From contig NW_005434619.1 in assembly GCF_000315625.1 (NCBI RefSeq), positions 227,357-291,356 on the forward strand: a stretch of 64,000 nucleotides of DNA, read 5' to 3'. A program made the position numbers and the translations under genes. The notes below the pieces were generated by a model, which saw only the letters and a program-made list of their open reading frames with translations, was not told where the DNA came from and searched no databases. The DNA comes from Guillardia theta CCMP2712. Lineage: Eukaryota; Protista; Cryptophyta. Shown here piece after piece: positions 45,583-60,969 of this stretch; position 1 is the first letter of the stretch, and each line of letters starts with the position of its first letter.

Positions 45583-48500
45583 TCACTGTCCCTCCTCCCC
45601 TTGTATCTCTCTGGGCTCGATCTCCTCATCCCTCTCAGACTCCTCCTCCATCTTGTGCGTGAACGGCTTCCCGGTCCTGCATGCCTTGCTGTACTTCTTG
45701 CTGAGCTCGACGATCCTCTCCGCCTTCTTCCGCAGCTCCTCCACCTTGCCCTCCAGCCCTTCCTCCGGTATGTCTGACCACAGGCTGCCGTCGTCGTACT
45801 CGGCCGCCTCGAAGTCTTCGGGGTAGGGGCAGCGCAGTCGGGTGAAGTAGCCCTGGATGAAGGCGAAGGAGATGCCGGCGACGGTGAAGAGGAAGAGGCC
45901 GGACAGCTGGTTAACGGTGAGGACCTCGCCACCTTGAACGACCTCCTCGAAGCAGATCGAGTCGCTGGGGAGGATGCCATAGGTCGAGGAGTAGTTCTGA
46001 ATCTCGTCGCTGCTCCTAACCACGTCGATGGCCTGCGAGAAGGGGATGGAGAAGATCGAGTTCTTAGGGAAGCCCAGCCCAAAGCCCACTGGGAGCAAGT
46101 CAGCCATCATCTCCGGATTCGGGCTCTCCTCGTTCCGTCCTTCCCTCAGCCCCCGCTCCTCCTCCTCCTCCTCCTCCTCTTCTCCTCCTCCTAGTCTACA
46201 CTTCCTTCTTCTTCTCCTGCTTTGAACCCTGCATTCCATAGTGTATCTTCCTCACAAGCTTTGCCCCCCTTTTTTCTCCTCCTCCTCTCCTCCTCTCCTC
46301 TTTGTCCCTTCTTACTCCCCCCTTTCCCCTCCCCCTCCCCCTTTTCCTCCTCACCTGGCTCGAATTGAGGACCGATAGTCACCAGGTCGCACTTTCCTGT
46401 CAGTCTGTGGCGGCGGTTCAGCTCGTAGATCGCAAGGGGCGCATGGTAGATGAGCGCGTCCGGCTGCCCCGAGCCATCGCCAGCTTTGCACAGCAGGTAG
46501 TCCCATGCTCCGAGCACCAGGCCCTTGATAGTGCAAGGGTCGTCCTTTCTGTAGTCCAGCAGGGAGCCGTCAGCTCGGACTGTCTCCATCCTCTTCACGG
46601 TGTAGATGTTGAAGGTGTTGGCGCTGGAAGACCGCATGCTCGCCTGGATGATGTCAAACTGCAGGCTCGACTGGGTCTTGTCGTCTGAGTTCCCCCCTAG
46701 GTACGAGCCGAAATAAGCAGGCCGGGCCGCGGAGCTGTTCCATGACGGCCCGGGGACTACGACACTGAAGGCGCCGGACTGGAGGGAGAAGAAGCCCTCG
46801 ATGACGGGAGAGCCGGCGCTCGCGCTTAGGAATGCTCCGACAGCACCTGAGAGGAGTGAGGAGTGCTGAACGGAAGGGGAGGAGGAGGAGAAATGCCGAG
46901 GGAAATACTTGATGCGGGGGAGGAAGTAGTTTGAGAGATGGCGAGAGGGAGGAGACAAGGAGAACAAGAGGAGAGAGGAAGAGGAGGGGAGGAGGGAGCG
47001 AGACATGAACAGTGCAGGAGACGAAGGAAAAGATTTCACATTATACCAGTGTAGGTTGCCGCAATGATAACCATGAAGAGACAATGACCGATGAAGACAA
47101 TCTGACGGCGGGTCAAAGCCCAACAGCAACCAAGACCTCTCACCTTCCCCCCCCAGGTCTCTGCAGACTTCCCACTTGCACCTAGAGAAAGGAATCAGAT
47201 CAGAGGCGAGGAGGAGAAGGAGGAGGAGGAGGAGGATGGAGAGGATGAGGATGAGGATGAGGATGAGGATGAGGATGAGGATGAGGATGCGGATGAGGAT
47301 GAGGATGATGATGATGATGAAGAGGAGGAGGAGGAGGAGGAGGAGGGGTGGTGGTGGTACTGGAGGAGGGGTAGACGAGGAGGATAAGGAGGGGTAGACG
47401 AGGAGGATAAGGAGGGTGAGGGGTAGACGAGGAGGAGGACGAGGAGGAGGAGGAGGAGGAGAAGGAAGGGTAGAGGAGGGGTGAAGGACGGGTAGAGCAG
47501 GAGGAGGAGGAGGAGGAGGAGGGGTAGAGGAGGAGAAGGATGAATTCAGTCCACCTGGATCAAACGCTGTTGCAAGGGACCAGTAGAAGGCGTCGTAGTA
47601 CCTGACTTCCAAGATTAGCTAATCGAGTTTCCGGCGTCACTCCTCCTACATCGCCCTGCCCTTCAGCATCCCCTCGTTGTTTCGCTCCAGCAGCAGCAGC
47701 AGCAGCCACACGATCTAAGGCGGCAGGGTCTTATCCTCATGGCAGCCGGCAAGCCGCTGCCACTTACCAAGATCTCGATGCAGATCGTAGCCCACAGCAG
47801 CCCGCTGAAGGGCTGAAAGATGCTGAGGTATCCCTGAGGACCCGCCGCAGCATCATCAGAGGTCCGGCGGTCTTCAGGCTGAGTAGAACTACCTCAACGT
47901 TCATGACGAAGGTCGACTTCCTCTTGACGGTGACTTGCTGTTTCATCCATGTTCAGCTCTTGCGGCCAACATGGCAGCGGCACCTGAGAGATGTAATACG
48001 GCATGGAAAAATCCAGCAGGTCGTAACGCTGTCTGGTGATACTACAGATGCCACTAGTTAGTCTTACTCTCCTCCTCCTCCTCCTCCTCCTCCTCCTCCT
48101 CTAACTTGACCTCCTCCTCCTCCTCGTCGTTTTGCTGCTGTCCCTTCTCCTCTTACAGTTAATACCGCTGTTCCTCACAAGCGTTTTCCTTCATCCTGCT
48201 TCCACTCTTTTGCATTCAACCATCACAGCCCCTTCTATCTCTTCCCCTTGCTCCTGCTCCTACTCCTGCTCCTATCACTCGTCACACGAGCGATTCGACC
48301 TGATCGCTCCAGCGATGATGTCCGGCCCCCTGCTTACACACGCCGGATCTCCAACGTGGTCGCAGGTCCCGTTGGGACTTGGCCCATTGTACGAGGAGAG
48401 GGAGGGGCAGAAAGGGTTCGCAGCCGTTACGTTGATGACCGTGTCGTTGGCGAGGAAGCCTCCGTTGCACATCATGCCCAGTACCGCGTCCTCAGACCTG

Positions 48501-48847
48501 GGGTTGCTGCGAATGACGTACCAGTCAAACTCGACCGTTCTCTCCGGCGCTCCGTTGGCTACACAGAAGCCTGTCAGGATGCCTGCGAGGTGTGACGTCA
48601 TCATGTCGTAGGTCAGCCCGCCATCGCCACGGAAGGCCTTGGCCGGGCACTTGAGTGTCGTCGTGTCGCGCGTGAAGGGGCTGGGGGTACAGAGGGTCTG
48701 ATCGACGATGGTAAAGGGTTCTGAGACGTGGAACAAGATCCGGAAGCGCCTGCCGCAGTAGGAAGTGTCGATCTCGGGGATGACGTCAGCTACAGTCCGG
48801 CATGGGTGGAGCTGCAGGAGCAGCAAGCAGAAGACCCAAGATTTCAT
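45583..48847 (-). CDS. Ionotropic glutamate receptor-like (iGluR/GLR) channel
   Basis: Signal peptide; S1 EPFT, DIIAGAI, ITRQRYDLLDFSMPYY; M1 IFQPFSGLLWATI; M2 FYWSLATAF; M3 AATYTGAVGAFL; S2 CDLVTIG, GFGLGFPKNS; M4 LSGLFLFTVAG. Confidence 0.88.
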
Positions 48848-49175
48848 CCTCTGCGGACTCGGACACTTGCGATCAATAGGATGGCCGAAGGCCCTGACGC
48901 AGCTGCTCTGTTCTGCTGCAGTGAGACATCATGGAGAGTTCCTGAGGAGAGAGAAAGCAAGTCAACGAAAGAGAGAGGAAAAAGCATGCTCATATCTTTG
49001 GCTCATCCATCGAGCCCTTCCTCTCTATCTGTCTATCTGTCTATCTGTCTATCTGTCTATCTCTCTCTATCTGTCTATCTGTCTATCTCTCACTATCTGT
49101 CTATCTCTCGATGTCACTGTCACTCTCTGTCTACCATCGTAAAGCTTTCTTCCTCCCCTTGTCCTTTCTTCTTTC

Positions 49176-50165
49176 CTGTCCTGTCCTGCCCTGCCCTGCT
49201 CTGTTTAACTGCCCTGCCCTGCCCTGCCCTGCCCTGCCCTGCCCTGCCCTGCCCTGTCCTGTCCTGTCCTGTCCTGTCCTGTCCTGGCCTGTCCTGTCCT
49301 GGCCTGTCCTGTCCTGTCCTGTCCTGTCCTGTCCTGTCCTGTCCTGTCCTGTCCTGCCCTGTCCTGTCCTGTCCTGNNNNNNNNNNNNNNNNNNNNNNNN
49401 NNNNNNNNNNNNNNNNNNNNNNNNNNNNNNNNNNNNNNNNNNNNNNNNNNNNNNNNNNNNNNNNNNNNNNNNNNNNTGTCCTGTCCTGTCCTGTCCTGTC
49501 CTGTCCTGGCCTGTCCTGTCCTGTCCTGTCCTGTCCTGTCCTGTCCTGTCCTGGCCTGTCCTGTCCTGTCCTGTCCTGCCCTGGCCTGTCCTGTCCTGTC
49601 CTGTCCTGTCCTGTCCTGTCCTGTCCTGTCCTGTCCTGTCCTGTCCTGTCCTGCCCTGTCCTGTCCTGCCCTGCCCTGTCCTGTCCTGTCCTGTCCTGGC
49701 CTGTCCTGGCCTGGCCTGGCCTGGCCTGTCCTGTCCTGTCCTGTCCTGGCCTGTCCTGTCCTGTCCTGTCCTGCCCTGTCCTGTCCTGTCCTGCCCTGAC
49801 CTGACCTGACCTGCCCTGCCCTGTCCTGTCCTGTCCTGTCCTGTCCTGTCCTGTCCTGTCCTGTCCTGTCCTGTCCTGTCCTGTCCTGTCCTGTCCTGTC
49901 CTGTCCTGTCCTGTCCTGTCTTGTCCTGGCCTGCCCTGTCCTGCCCTGTCCTGTCCTGTCCTGTCCTGTCCTGTCCTGTCCTGTCCTGCCCTGCCCTGCC
50001 CTGTCCTGTCCTGTCCTGTCCTGTCCTGTCCTGTCCTGTCCTGTCCTGCCCTGTCCTCGTCCTCGTCCTCGTCCTCGTCCTGTCCTGTCCTGTCCTGTCC
50101 TGTCCTGTCCTGTCCTGCCCTGCCCTGCCCTGTCCTGCCCTGTTTGTCTGCCCTGCCCTGCTCTG
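49176..50165 (+). repeat. ~1 kb (CTGTC)n pentanucleotide satellite with CTGCC/CTGGC variants, containing a gap
   Basis: Seen directly; explains the VLSCP/GQDRT pseudo-ORFs. Confidence 0.97.
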
Positions 50166-50402
50166 TCCTTCTCCGTTCCCATCCCTCTCCTCCCCGTTCT
50201 TCTAACGCTGTTGAGTCCGGTGACGCTTCATTTCGTTTTGACCGCAGGGTCATAGGAGGGATGAGGCCCACCCGATATCCATATAAGCAGGAAGGCAAGG
50301 AGGGAGCGAGGGCAGGAGGGAGCGTTGCAGGCAGTGAACAGGAAGATCAGAGAGCAGACGACAAGAGCAGGAGTGAGGTCTTCGTTCTAGCGCGCGGCAG
50401 CC

Positions 50403-51632
50403 ATGCTTCAGTTGCAGGGACCGGCTCCTAGCCTGTCTCTCATCCCTCAACCTTCCGCGCTCGACAGGCTCACACTCATGCGAGGATGCTCAATCATCGA
50501 CAGGACGAGGCACAGGTGCAGCTCAAGGGGATCAAGGCTCGAATGCAGGATGCAAGGAACAAGTGACCCTGTGAGCAGGAGGCGACTGCTGCAGGTGGTT
50601 CTTGGGGCACTGGTATCGTCCACCGTTCTCTTGAGGCAGGACGCGAACGCTGCAACAACCACAAAGGTCTGGGGAGCAGCAGAGCTTGACTTCTGGGTTT
50701 ACATCTGCTCCGCCACAGGCAAATTCTGTCCAGAGATGACCAAAGTTGAAATCAGCCCAGCAAGGAAGGTCGACAGGGAACTGGCAGAAGCTTTACACTC
50801 CATTCCCCGTCAGGTGTTTGTCGAGATGACGGGCAGGAAGGTGCAGGAGCTAGACGCCTCCGTCGACAGCGATCGAGAGCTGGTCCTGTCACTGTTCCAG
50901 AAGCGGGTCTCCTTCGACCCCTCCGACCTGACAGACCAGTACTCGTTGGACTTCGACTCCTACCTGGTTTGGAAGTCGCTTGCGAGGATCTTGCCATCCA
51001 ACGAGGAGAGGAGAGTGTTCCAGCGACAGGTGGCAAAGCGGATGCTCGAGCAGCTGACCAGACAGGGGGCCTCTGCCGTTTTCTACAACTCGGTGGAGGA
51101 AGGGCCAGAGAAAGCCTTTCAAGGCTGTAGTTCCCTCCTGGCTCTGCTCAAGTCGACTGGTTTCCTCGAAGCCTCTAACGTGGAGGTCGGAGACTTTGAC
51201 GTCAAGTACTGGAAGTCCGACAGCCCTCCCACCACGCTGACGGTAATGGAAGTTTGACAAGCTGGGGAGTGAAGTTGACGCGCGTTCAGGTGACGATCGA
51301 CAAGCCGGTCACGTTGCAGGCGAATCTTCAGCTTGGGGGGGAGGGGACTGGGTTTAAGCCGGATGTGATCGAGAACATGCTGGGTGAGCAAAGAGAAGTA
51401 GAAGCTGGAAGTAGACGGGTGATTGGGAGGGGAAAGTGGGATGGGGAGTGTAGGAGGAACGAGGAGTTCCATGGTTTGCCCACTGAAAGAAGCTGATGCG
51501 GTTTGCCCAGCTGTCTATTTGGAGTCTTGCGGGATGCTGGTGGACTGGGTGAGCTACTTCATCGACCCGACCTACCGGCCGAACCCGGACGACTATCAGG
51601 TCGAAACTTGGCCCTCCGCCTCTGCGATCTGA
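50403..51632 (+). CDS. Probable thylakoid-lumen protein with a Tat-type transfer signal; about 3 exons
   Basis: SRRRLLQVVLGALVSSTVLL..ANA (twin-Arg, hydrophobic stretch, AxA); later exons VTIDKPVTLQANLQL and YFIDPTYRPNPDDY. Confidence 0.6.
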
Positions 51633-51796
51633 CCGGAGATCTTTGTCGCTCCCAGCCATCGCAGGTGCTCTGCCAAATAAACGTCCGACCGCGACCAACG
51701 TGAGGAGGAGGCAGGATGAACGCTCCTACTATCGCCCCTGATCCTTCTGAACCCTTTCTTCATTGAAAACCCGGCACACTGATCCTTGTCTTGGTT

Positions 51797-53141
51797 TCAC
51801 ATCTTCTCCTCCAACGACCTGAGGGCCCCGGCTCGATCGAAGATGACGGAGCGGAAGTTGGGGTCTGTCTTGGAGAGCAGCTTAGACAGCTCTCCAAGCT
51901 CCTCGTTCCTCAGGTATCTCGTTTGTTTCAGCAAGGTCTCTCTGTCCGGGATGTGTTTTCCTTTCCTCTCCAAGGCCTCGTCTGCCGTCCTCTTTCGCTC
52001 GAACTCCTCCTGCGCCTCCTCCACGAGCTGCTCGAACTGTCGAGGGAGCACTCCTTGCGTGCGCTGCTTCTCCCTCTTTCTCAGGAGTTTCGTAGTCTCC
52101 TCGTGGATGTCCTTGAACTTGTTCCTCTTTTTTGTGGCCTCGATGCTCTCGCGGTCTTGAAACTCTGACATCAACATCTCCAACTGAATCGGTTCCCCGT
52201 CGGTATTCTGATATCAGGGAGCCAGGGTCAGAAGGGACTAGAATGCAGGAGGAGGGAGAAGGATGGTATGAACAAGGAAGCGCACAGACGAGGAAAGGAC
52301 GTGAGAGGGGATGGAGAGGGAGGGAGAAGCAGCTACGGGTAGAGACAAGATCTTAGTTGGAGGTGAGGCAGGTTGGAAGGAGAAAAGGAGGCGCTCACCT
52401 TTCGGCCCCTGAAGTTGTAGTATCTCCCTCCTTCATGCCACCCGGGCGTGTCATTCAGGTGTCGGTAAAAGAGATTCTCAGTGTGCCTGAGAGGCCCTTG
52501 CTCCACGATATCCTTGCCGGGGGACACGAAGTGCAGGTGCTCATACTTCTGAATCTGGGCTTCAAGGAAATGGTCTGATGCGGCCGGCAGTATTTTCCCG
52601 TTCCTAAGGCAGTCAGAATCAATGAATGCAATCGAGGAAGATGAGCAAAGTTGAGGATAGATCACTGCTAGAGTACGTACCGGTCCACTAGCCTGGAGAG
52701 CGGAAGGCAAGACCTGATCTTCCCTTCCACCTCAGCCATCTTCAGGTTGTCGGCTTTCCTGTCCCTATAGAGCTCCCTTGCTATCGTGTAAGCCTTCCTT
52801 GCCTCTCCGTAATTCCCTTGGCGGTAGAATTGATCTCCGTTCTCAAGCTCTTTATCCGCCTCATCGCTTGACTTGATCACTTGAGTGTACACTTCGTACG
52901 ACGGCGTCCTACCAAACTCAAAACCCTGCACTTGCTTTCCTCCCAGCCCCCCGAATGCATTCTCGATTCGTTGCCTTTGTGTGACCTGGTCACGAGCTCC
53001 GGCATCGGACGGTTGCTCTCCGTCCTGGTTCTTATTCTTGAGGAAGCTGAAGATGCTGTCGTTGCTCGTTAGGTTTATAGTATTGTTCCATTGGAAAGCC
53101 TCAGGATCTCCCAGTCGGAGGTCTGAATTCGTCTGACCCAT
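51797..53141 (-). CDS. Hypothetical multi-exon protein with a TPR-like motif and coiled coil; 5' exon(s) probably further upstream
   Basis: ADKELENGDQFYRQGNYGEARKAYTIAREL resembles a TPR. Confidence 0.55.
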
Positions 53142-54369
53142 CCCGAGGGCACTAAGGAGACAGTAGCATGATCTTCATAATCCACCTGGATAAACAAATC
53201 ATCAAACAACGAATTGCAGTTGTCACCCGGTGACTAGTTGCGATGAGTCACGATCCATGGCATGGAGGAGCAAGAACATTAAAATCACTCGTACATGCAG
53301 TGACTGCCCATCTCTCCCACTTGGGCCCCTGAACCGTTCGATGGTCTGACTCTATCACCTCCTGGCGTCTCAGGTGCTCCGATCAGTCATATGATCCTAT
53401 GTCTGTGCCTGTCCGATCTGATCTCTATCTCTTCCTCCCTCTCTCTGTCTTACTCACTCACTCTGTCTCTCGGCCCTTCAGGCTTGTCGATCGATTGGGA
53501 ACGGTCGCGATGGCGTCGCACTGTCCTGATTGTCACTAGTCAATCTTTTTCCGGGCCCGGGGGCCGCCAGGCCGCCGCTAGATCACTGGCCTCAACTTTT
53601 ACTCAAAGTTGGACCTAGCCATGAATATATATTTCTGACCTTTCATTGTAAATTTGAAAATGTTTCGGAATATTTACAAATTTTGACAAATTTGATCCTC
53701 TAATGAGGCAGGCTTACTAGACCCAACCACTTCTGTCCCATTTGTTTCCCTGCCCACCCGGTGACCCTATACCCCACCCAATTGATCATATCCCACCCCC
53801 CTGGGCCCTTGAACTTTAAACACCCTCTCATTTGACTTAAAAAGTACCCTGAATATGGATACCTTCAAGACCACCACCCGTAGTCAGCGATATTGTCAAT
53901 ACCCCTACCCCCTCATTTCCTTACATCCTCTGAAATCTTCCCCGACTGTTTCCCCCACTTGCGCTATGTCGCTGCCAGCCTGTGGGGCAGCCATGGAAGA
54001 GCGAGAGAGCGCGAAAGATGCCAGGGAGAGAGAGGAAGGGAGAGATATGAGATGGAGGATTTGACGCACATGATCATCGGAGGGAGAGTGTGTTGTTGAG
54101 ATGGAGATAGTGCATGCAATGCCAGAAGTAAGCTGTTGTTACGAGAAAGCCGGGAGAGGTGGTACCCTCGGAGGTACATTAAGTTCCTTGAAGCATGTGC
54201 TGCATCTTCATGCACTATCTGTACCCTGACTGATGTTGTGCTTCCTCTAGGATGGCGAGAGCAATCTACGAGCTCTATCATGAAACAGAACCCCGGAAAC
54301 TTAATATAACCTATCATTAAGCTGACCTCCGACTTCTGAGGAGGAGGACAAAGAGAAGGAGAATATTCA

Positions 54370-55419
54370 GTGACTGGGGCTGGTTTTCTGAGAATGTTAG
54401 AACGAACACTTTCCACCCCATTGACGTTTGCTACCGACATCGCCCAGCCACAGAAACATTCGACGTACTGGGAAAGCCAGTCCTTTCCTCACTTCCTGGG
54501 TTATGGGACGGTCCTCTACGGTTTCGAACAGATGTGCACATATCCCTCTCAGATCTTGAAGACGAAGTTGCAAGTAGATCTGCAGCCCAACCGGCCATTC
54601 CTCCGCGAGCTCCTGCATCTTTGCCAGGACGTCTATCGAGCCGAGAGGATACGAGGGTTCTACAAGGGAGTCGTCTTCAGCACAGTGTCGACCATCCCTG
54701 CACAGCTCTTCTTCCTGAGCACGTACGGTTGGAGCAAGGATGCTCTGGAGAGACGCGTGGGGCCCGAGCTCAGAGATTCTCCCCTGGTCCCGCTGTGTGC
54801 TGGAGCGTTGGCGGAGACTGTCACCTGCGCCATGTGGGTTCCCATCGACGTGATCGTACAGAAGATCCAGATCGAGCCCCTTGGTCATGCTGCAGGATGG
54901 CGCTGCGGCTTGAGCCCGGTGGCTGGGCTAGCGAGGACGAAGGGGCCGAGCTCGCTGAGCTCCCTGGAGGTTGCAAGGAAGATCTGGTTAGAGGATGGGA
55001 TAACGGGGTTCTGGCGGGGGACGGACGTGCACCTGCTGCTCTTCGTTCCTCAAGGAGCGATCTGGTGGGCAAGCTACGAGCATACCAAGAAGATGCTCAA
55101 CACTCGCATGCAGACAGTCGACGACAAAGCCCTCAACGTTATGGCCGGGATGTCGGCCGGAGTGATCAGCTCGACCCTGACCAACCCGCTGGACATAGTC
55201 AAGGTCCGCATACAGACTAAGGTGGAGCAGTCAACCTCTATAGTGAAGACCCTGGTAGACATGGTCAGAAGAGAAGGGCTCCGATCGCTGGGTAAGGGGC
55301 TGGCCCCTAAGATCTTCATGTCGGTTCCAGTCTCGGCCCTCTCTTCGTTCCTTTACGAGACACTGCTCTCGCTCTCTCGCAAGGAAAACCCTTTCCACAT
55401 TGCCACAATAAACCCTTGA
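54370..55419 (+). CDS. Mitochondrial carrier family protein (SLC25A44-like), intronless
   Basis: Three carrier repeats: YPSQILKTKLQ, VPIDVIVQKIQ, NPLDIVKVRIQ, with RGFYKG, TGFWRG and SLGKG. Confidence 0.93.
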   Translation: MTGAGFLRMLERTLSTPLTFATDIAQPQKHSTYWESQSFPHFLGYGTVLYGFEQMCTYPSQILKTKLQVDLQPNRPFLRELLHLCQDVYRAERIRGFYKGVVFSTVSTIPAQLFFLSTYGWSKDALERRVGPELRDSPLVPLCAGALAETVTCAMWVPIDVIVQKIQIEPLGHAAGWRCGLSPVAGLARTKGPSSLSSLEVARKIWLEDGITGFWRGTDVHLLLFVPQGAIWWASYEHTKKMLNTRMQTVDDKALNVMAGMSAGVISSTLTNPLDIVKVRIQTKVEQSTSIVKTLVDMVRREGLRSLGKGLAPKIFMSVPVSALSSFLYETLLSLSRKENPFHIATINP

Positions 55420-55573
55420 ATGTCTTCCTCTATGGTGCTGCCTTGTCGACACATGGATAAAGTTTCTTTGATTTCATTTTCAAAAATGCCCTTGATTACC
55501 TTCATTCAGTCCACCCGTCACTTTCAACGCCCTGTCCTCGTCACATTTAGACCATCACAGAAGCAAGAAATGG

Positions 55574-57257
55574 TCACTTTACCATTTCTTCCAGTTGATG
55601 CAGCTCCTGGTACTTTTCTTGAGATCTTCTTCGGCTCATCAGGCTAAAGACAGCTCCGACTATCAGAGCGATAAAGATCAACTGCACAAGAGTGTCAGAG
55701 TAACCAAATCGAGAAATTTCAGTTTACGTTGGCGCCAATCAGTGCTGTTCGATTTAGCCCCTGAATTCTCCATGAAAGCTCTTGCGAAATTTGCCCCCAT
55801 GGCGACTCACTATCCTCATAGCTCCCAACTTGCGCATCCAAGATGGGCTTCATCCCCTCCGGCGCAGGATCAGCAAAGACGGCCAACATGAAGGAGCCTG
55901 TATCGAAGATCACTTGCAACGGCTGAGGCGGAGTGCCGATGGACAGCTTGATGTTGTAGGTGACTCTGCTCTGTGACTCCAGCGCCACCTTGTCCACGGC
56001 TTGACCTTGGTACAGCCCCATAGTCAACGCTGACTTGGCGCTCGTGATACGCCTGTGGGCCCGCACCTTGGACAAGGGATTGAACTCTGCAAGCTCCTGG
56101 CTCCGCCCCTTGTTGGCACGATACTGGGAATGTTGAGATAGGGTCGCTGACGAGTCCGTCTCGACTCCCAGCTTGTAGCTGGGGTTGCGGAGCGCCAATC
56201 CCATCTTCTTGTCCTTAAGATCGACAAGGTCGTGCAAGACAATCCACTTTCGGAACCAAGGGTCTCCCAGGATCATCGCAGTCTCGGCGGGCTCTACACA
56301 CTCCTCATATGCGATCTCAAACGTTTCCCCCCCAATGGTGTAGACGAGCGGGAAGGTCCCACCCTTGTTCTGCTCATTCAGCAAGATCTCAAACGGATTT
56401 CGCTTGAAAGTTCCGTTGACAGTCGAGTTGGGAATCAGCAAGCAAGTCGTGCCGGAATCGAACTCGCCCACGTATGCGTGGTGGTTCCCCATGAAATCCA
56501 ACAGCTCGACGTTACCGAACTTGATGGAAGTGACGTTCACTCCATAAGCATACCCAGCCATGGGGAACATCTGCATTGGCTCGGCTACGGAGTCTGGCTC
56601 ATATCCGCCAAGCTGTAGCTCACCAATGCTGTCATCAGCAGTGAACGCAAACTTCCTGGGCATAGGGACGAAGTCCTGACGTTGAACGATGTCCCAATGA
56701 GGTCTTGACTTGGTCGTCAGGGTCTTCAAGATGGCCGCACTTCTGTTCTGATTCGCCCAGCCAAACCCGATGATACCGTCAACGTCGTTGAAGTTGGCGC
56801 TGTTGCAATGTGTAATCATACCCAGACGCGTTTCAACCCGATACTTCCCCAACTGTGCCATGTCCTGCCCATCGTAGCCAAGGAGGTTTGTCTTGTCCAA
56901 GAATGTAACATTCACGTTGCCAAGCTTCACAAGCTTGAAGGTGCTGCTGGTGGTTGGGTGGAAAAACTTCTTGTTGTTGTTGTGATAGCCGATCATCAGC
57001 TGCGCCACTGTGGACGAGCGTTAGAATACTTGATCAAACAGGGAAAAGCATGAGGGTACAACAATGAATTCATACAGGACTTGCACCGATCAGAACATGG
57101 AACAGGTTGAAAGCAAATTTTCAAGAAAGTTTTCATTTTCTCATCATTTGCCACACTGTGAAACCGAAGCATAGAAACCACAAAACGAACCTGTTCCACT
57201 CAGAGCTCCGAGGAGAGCAAGAGACCGAAGAAGTCGGAAGGAGCTCGGCTTGCTCAT
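55574..57257 (-). CDS. Pepsin-like (A1) aspartic protease, circularly permuted, type I membrane protein; exons 57257-57191, 57007-55728, 55681-55574
   Basis: Signal peptide MSKPSSFRLLRSLALLGALSGT|VA; FHPTTSSTF, DGIIGFG, GELQLGG, FDSGTT, ILGDPWFR, then YNIKLSIGTPPQPLQVIFDTGS; TM LIGAN|LIFIALIVGAVF. Confidence 0.9.
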
Positions 57258-57419
57258 TTGCCTCTGAGTGCGCCGCTTCCCTTCCTCCACCATCCCTTCC
57301 CCTCCCCTTCCTCCAGCCATATTGCCGAAAATAGCTTCTCCTATATCGGGAAGTTTTACAACTACCAAACTTGGGCATGCCCCCGAAATGGGAAATACTA
57401 TAAAGTTTCAAAGTTCGAG

Positions 57420-57715
57420 GCGAGCGCGGCCCGCACCGTACTAGCCCGTACTACGACTGTACCGTACGGTTGGACCGACTGAGCGGGCCGGGCCGGCCGC
57501 CCGGCTTGGGCTCGGGCCCGGTTGAACTAGCTGGGTGTGGCCGGGCTCGCCGCCAGTCACACGAGTCTGGGGCCCCGGGCCGCAATCATGAATGGCTGCC
57601 CGGCTCGGATGCGTCTGATTGGCCAGCCAGTGTGCCGGGCGCCGCCGCGGGCCGGGACTCCCGCTGCCGGGACCGTGACTCTGGCAGGGCCCGCTCAGGA
57701 GACTCAGGCCCTCTG
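57420..57715. promoter_or_regulatory. CCGG/GGCC/short-palindrome-rich non-coding island upstream of a gene (recurrent class)
   Basis: Similar tracts at 37130-37300, 42690-43075, 53545-53600, 18565-18605 and 31668-31690; function inferred from position only. Confidence 0.4.
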
Positions 57716-57782
57716 GATGAAGTGTGTTTAATTTGCATTAAAGGAAGAAAGCAATCAATCATCGTGTTTGTGTACATCTTCT

Positions 57783-60969
<3,187 letters not shown>

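Noticed and set aside
48728-50298. GQDRT / VLSCP repeat proteins
   Set aside because: Stop-free frames of a (CTGTC)n satellite, open on both strands
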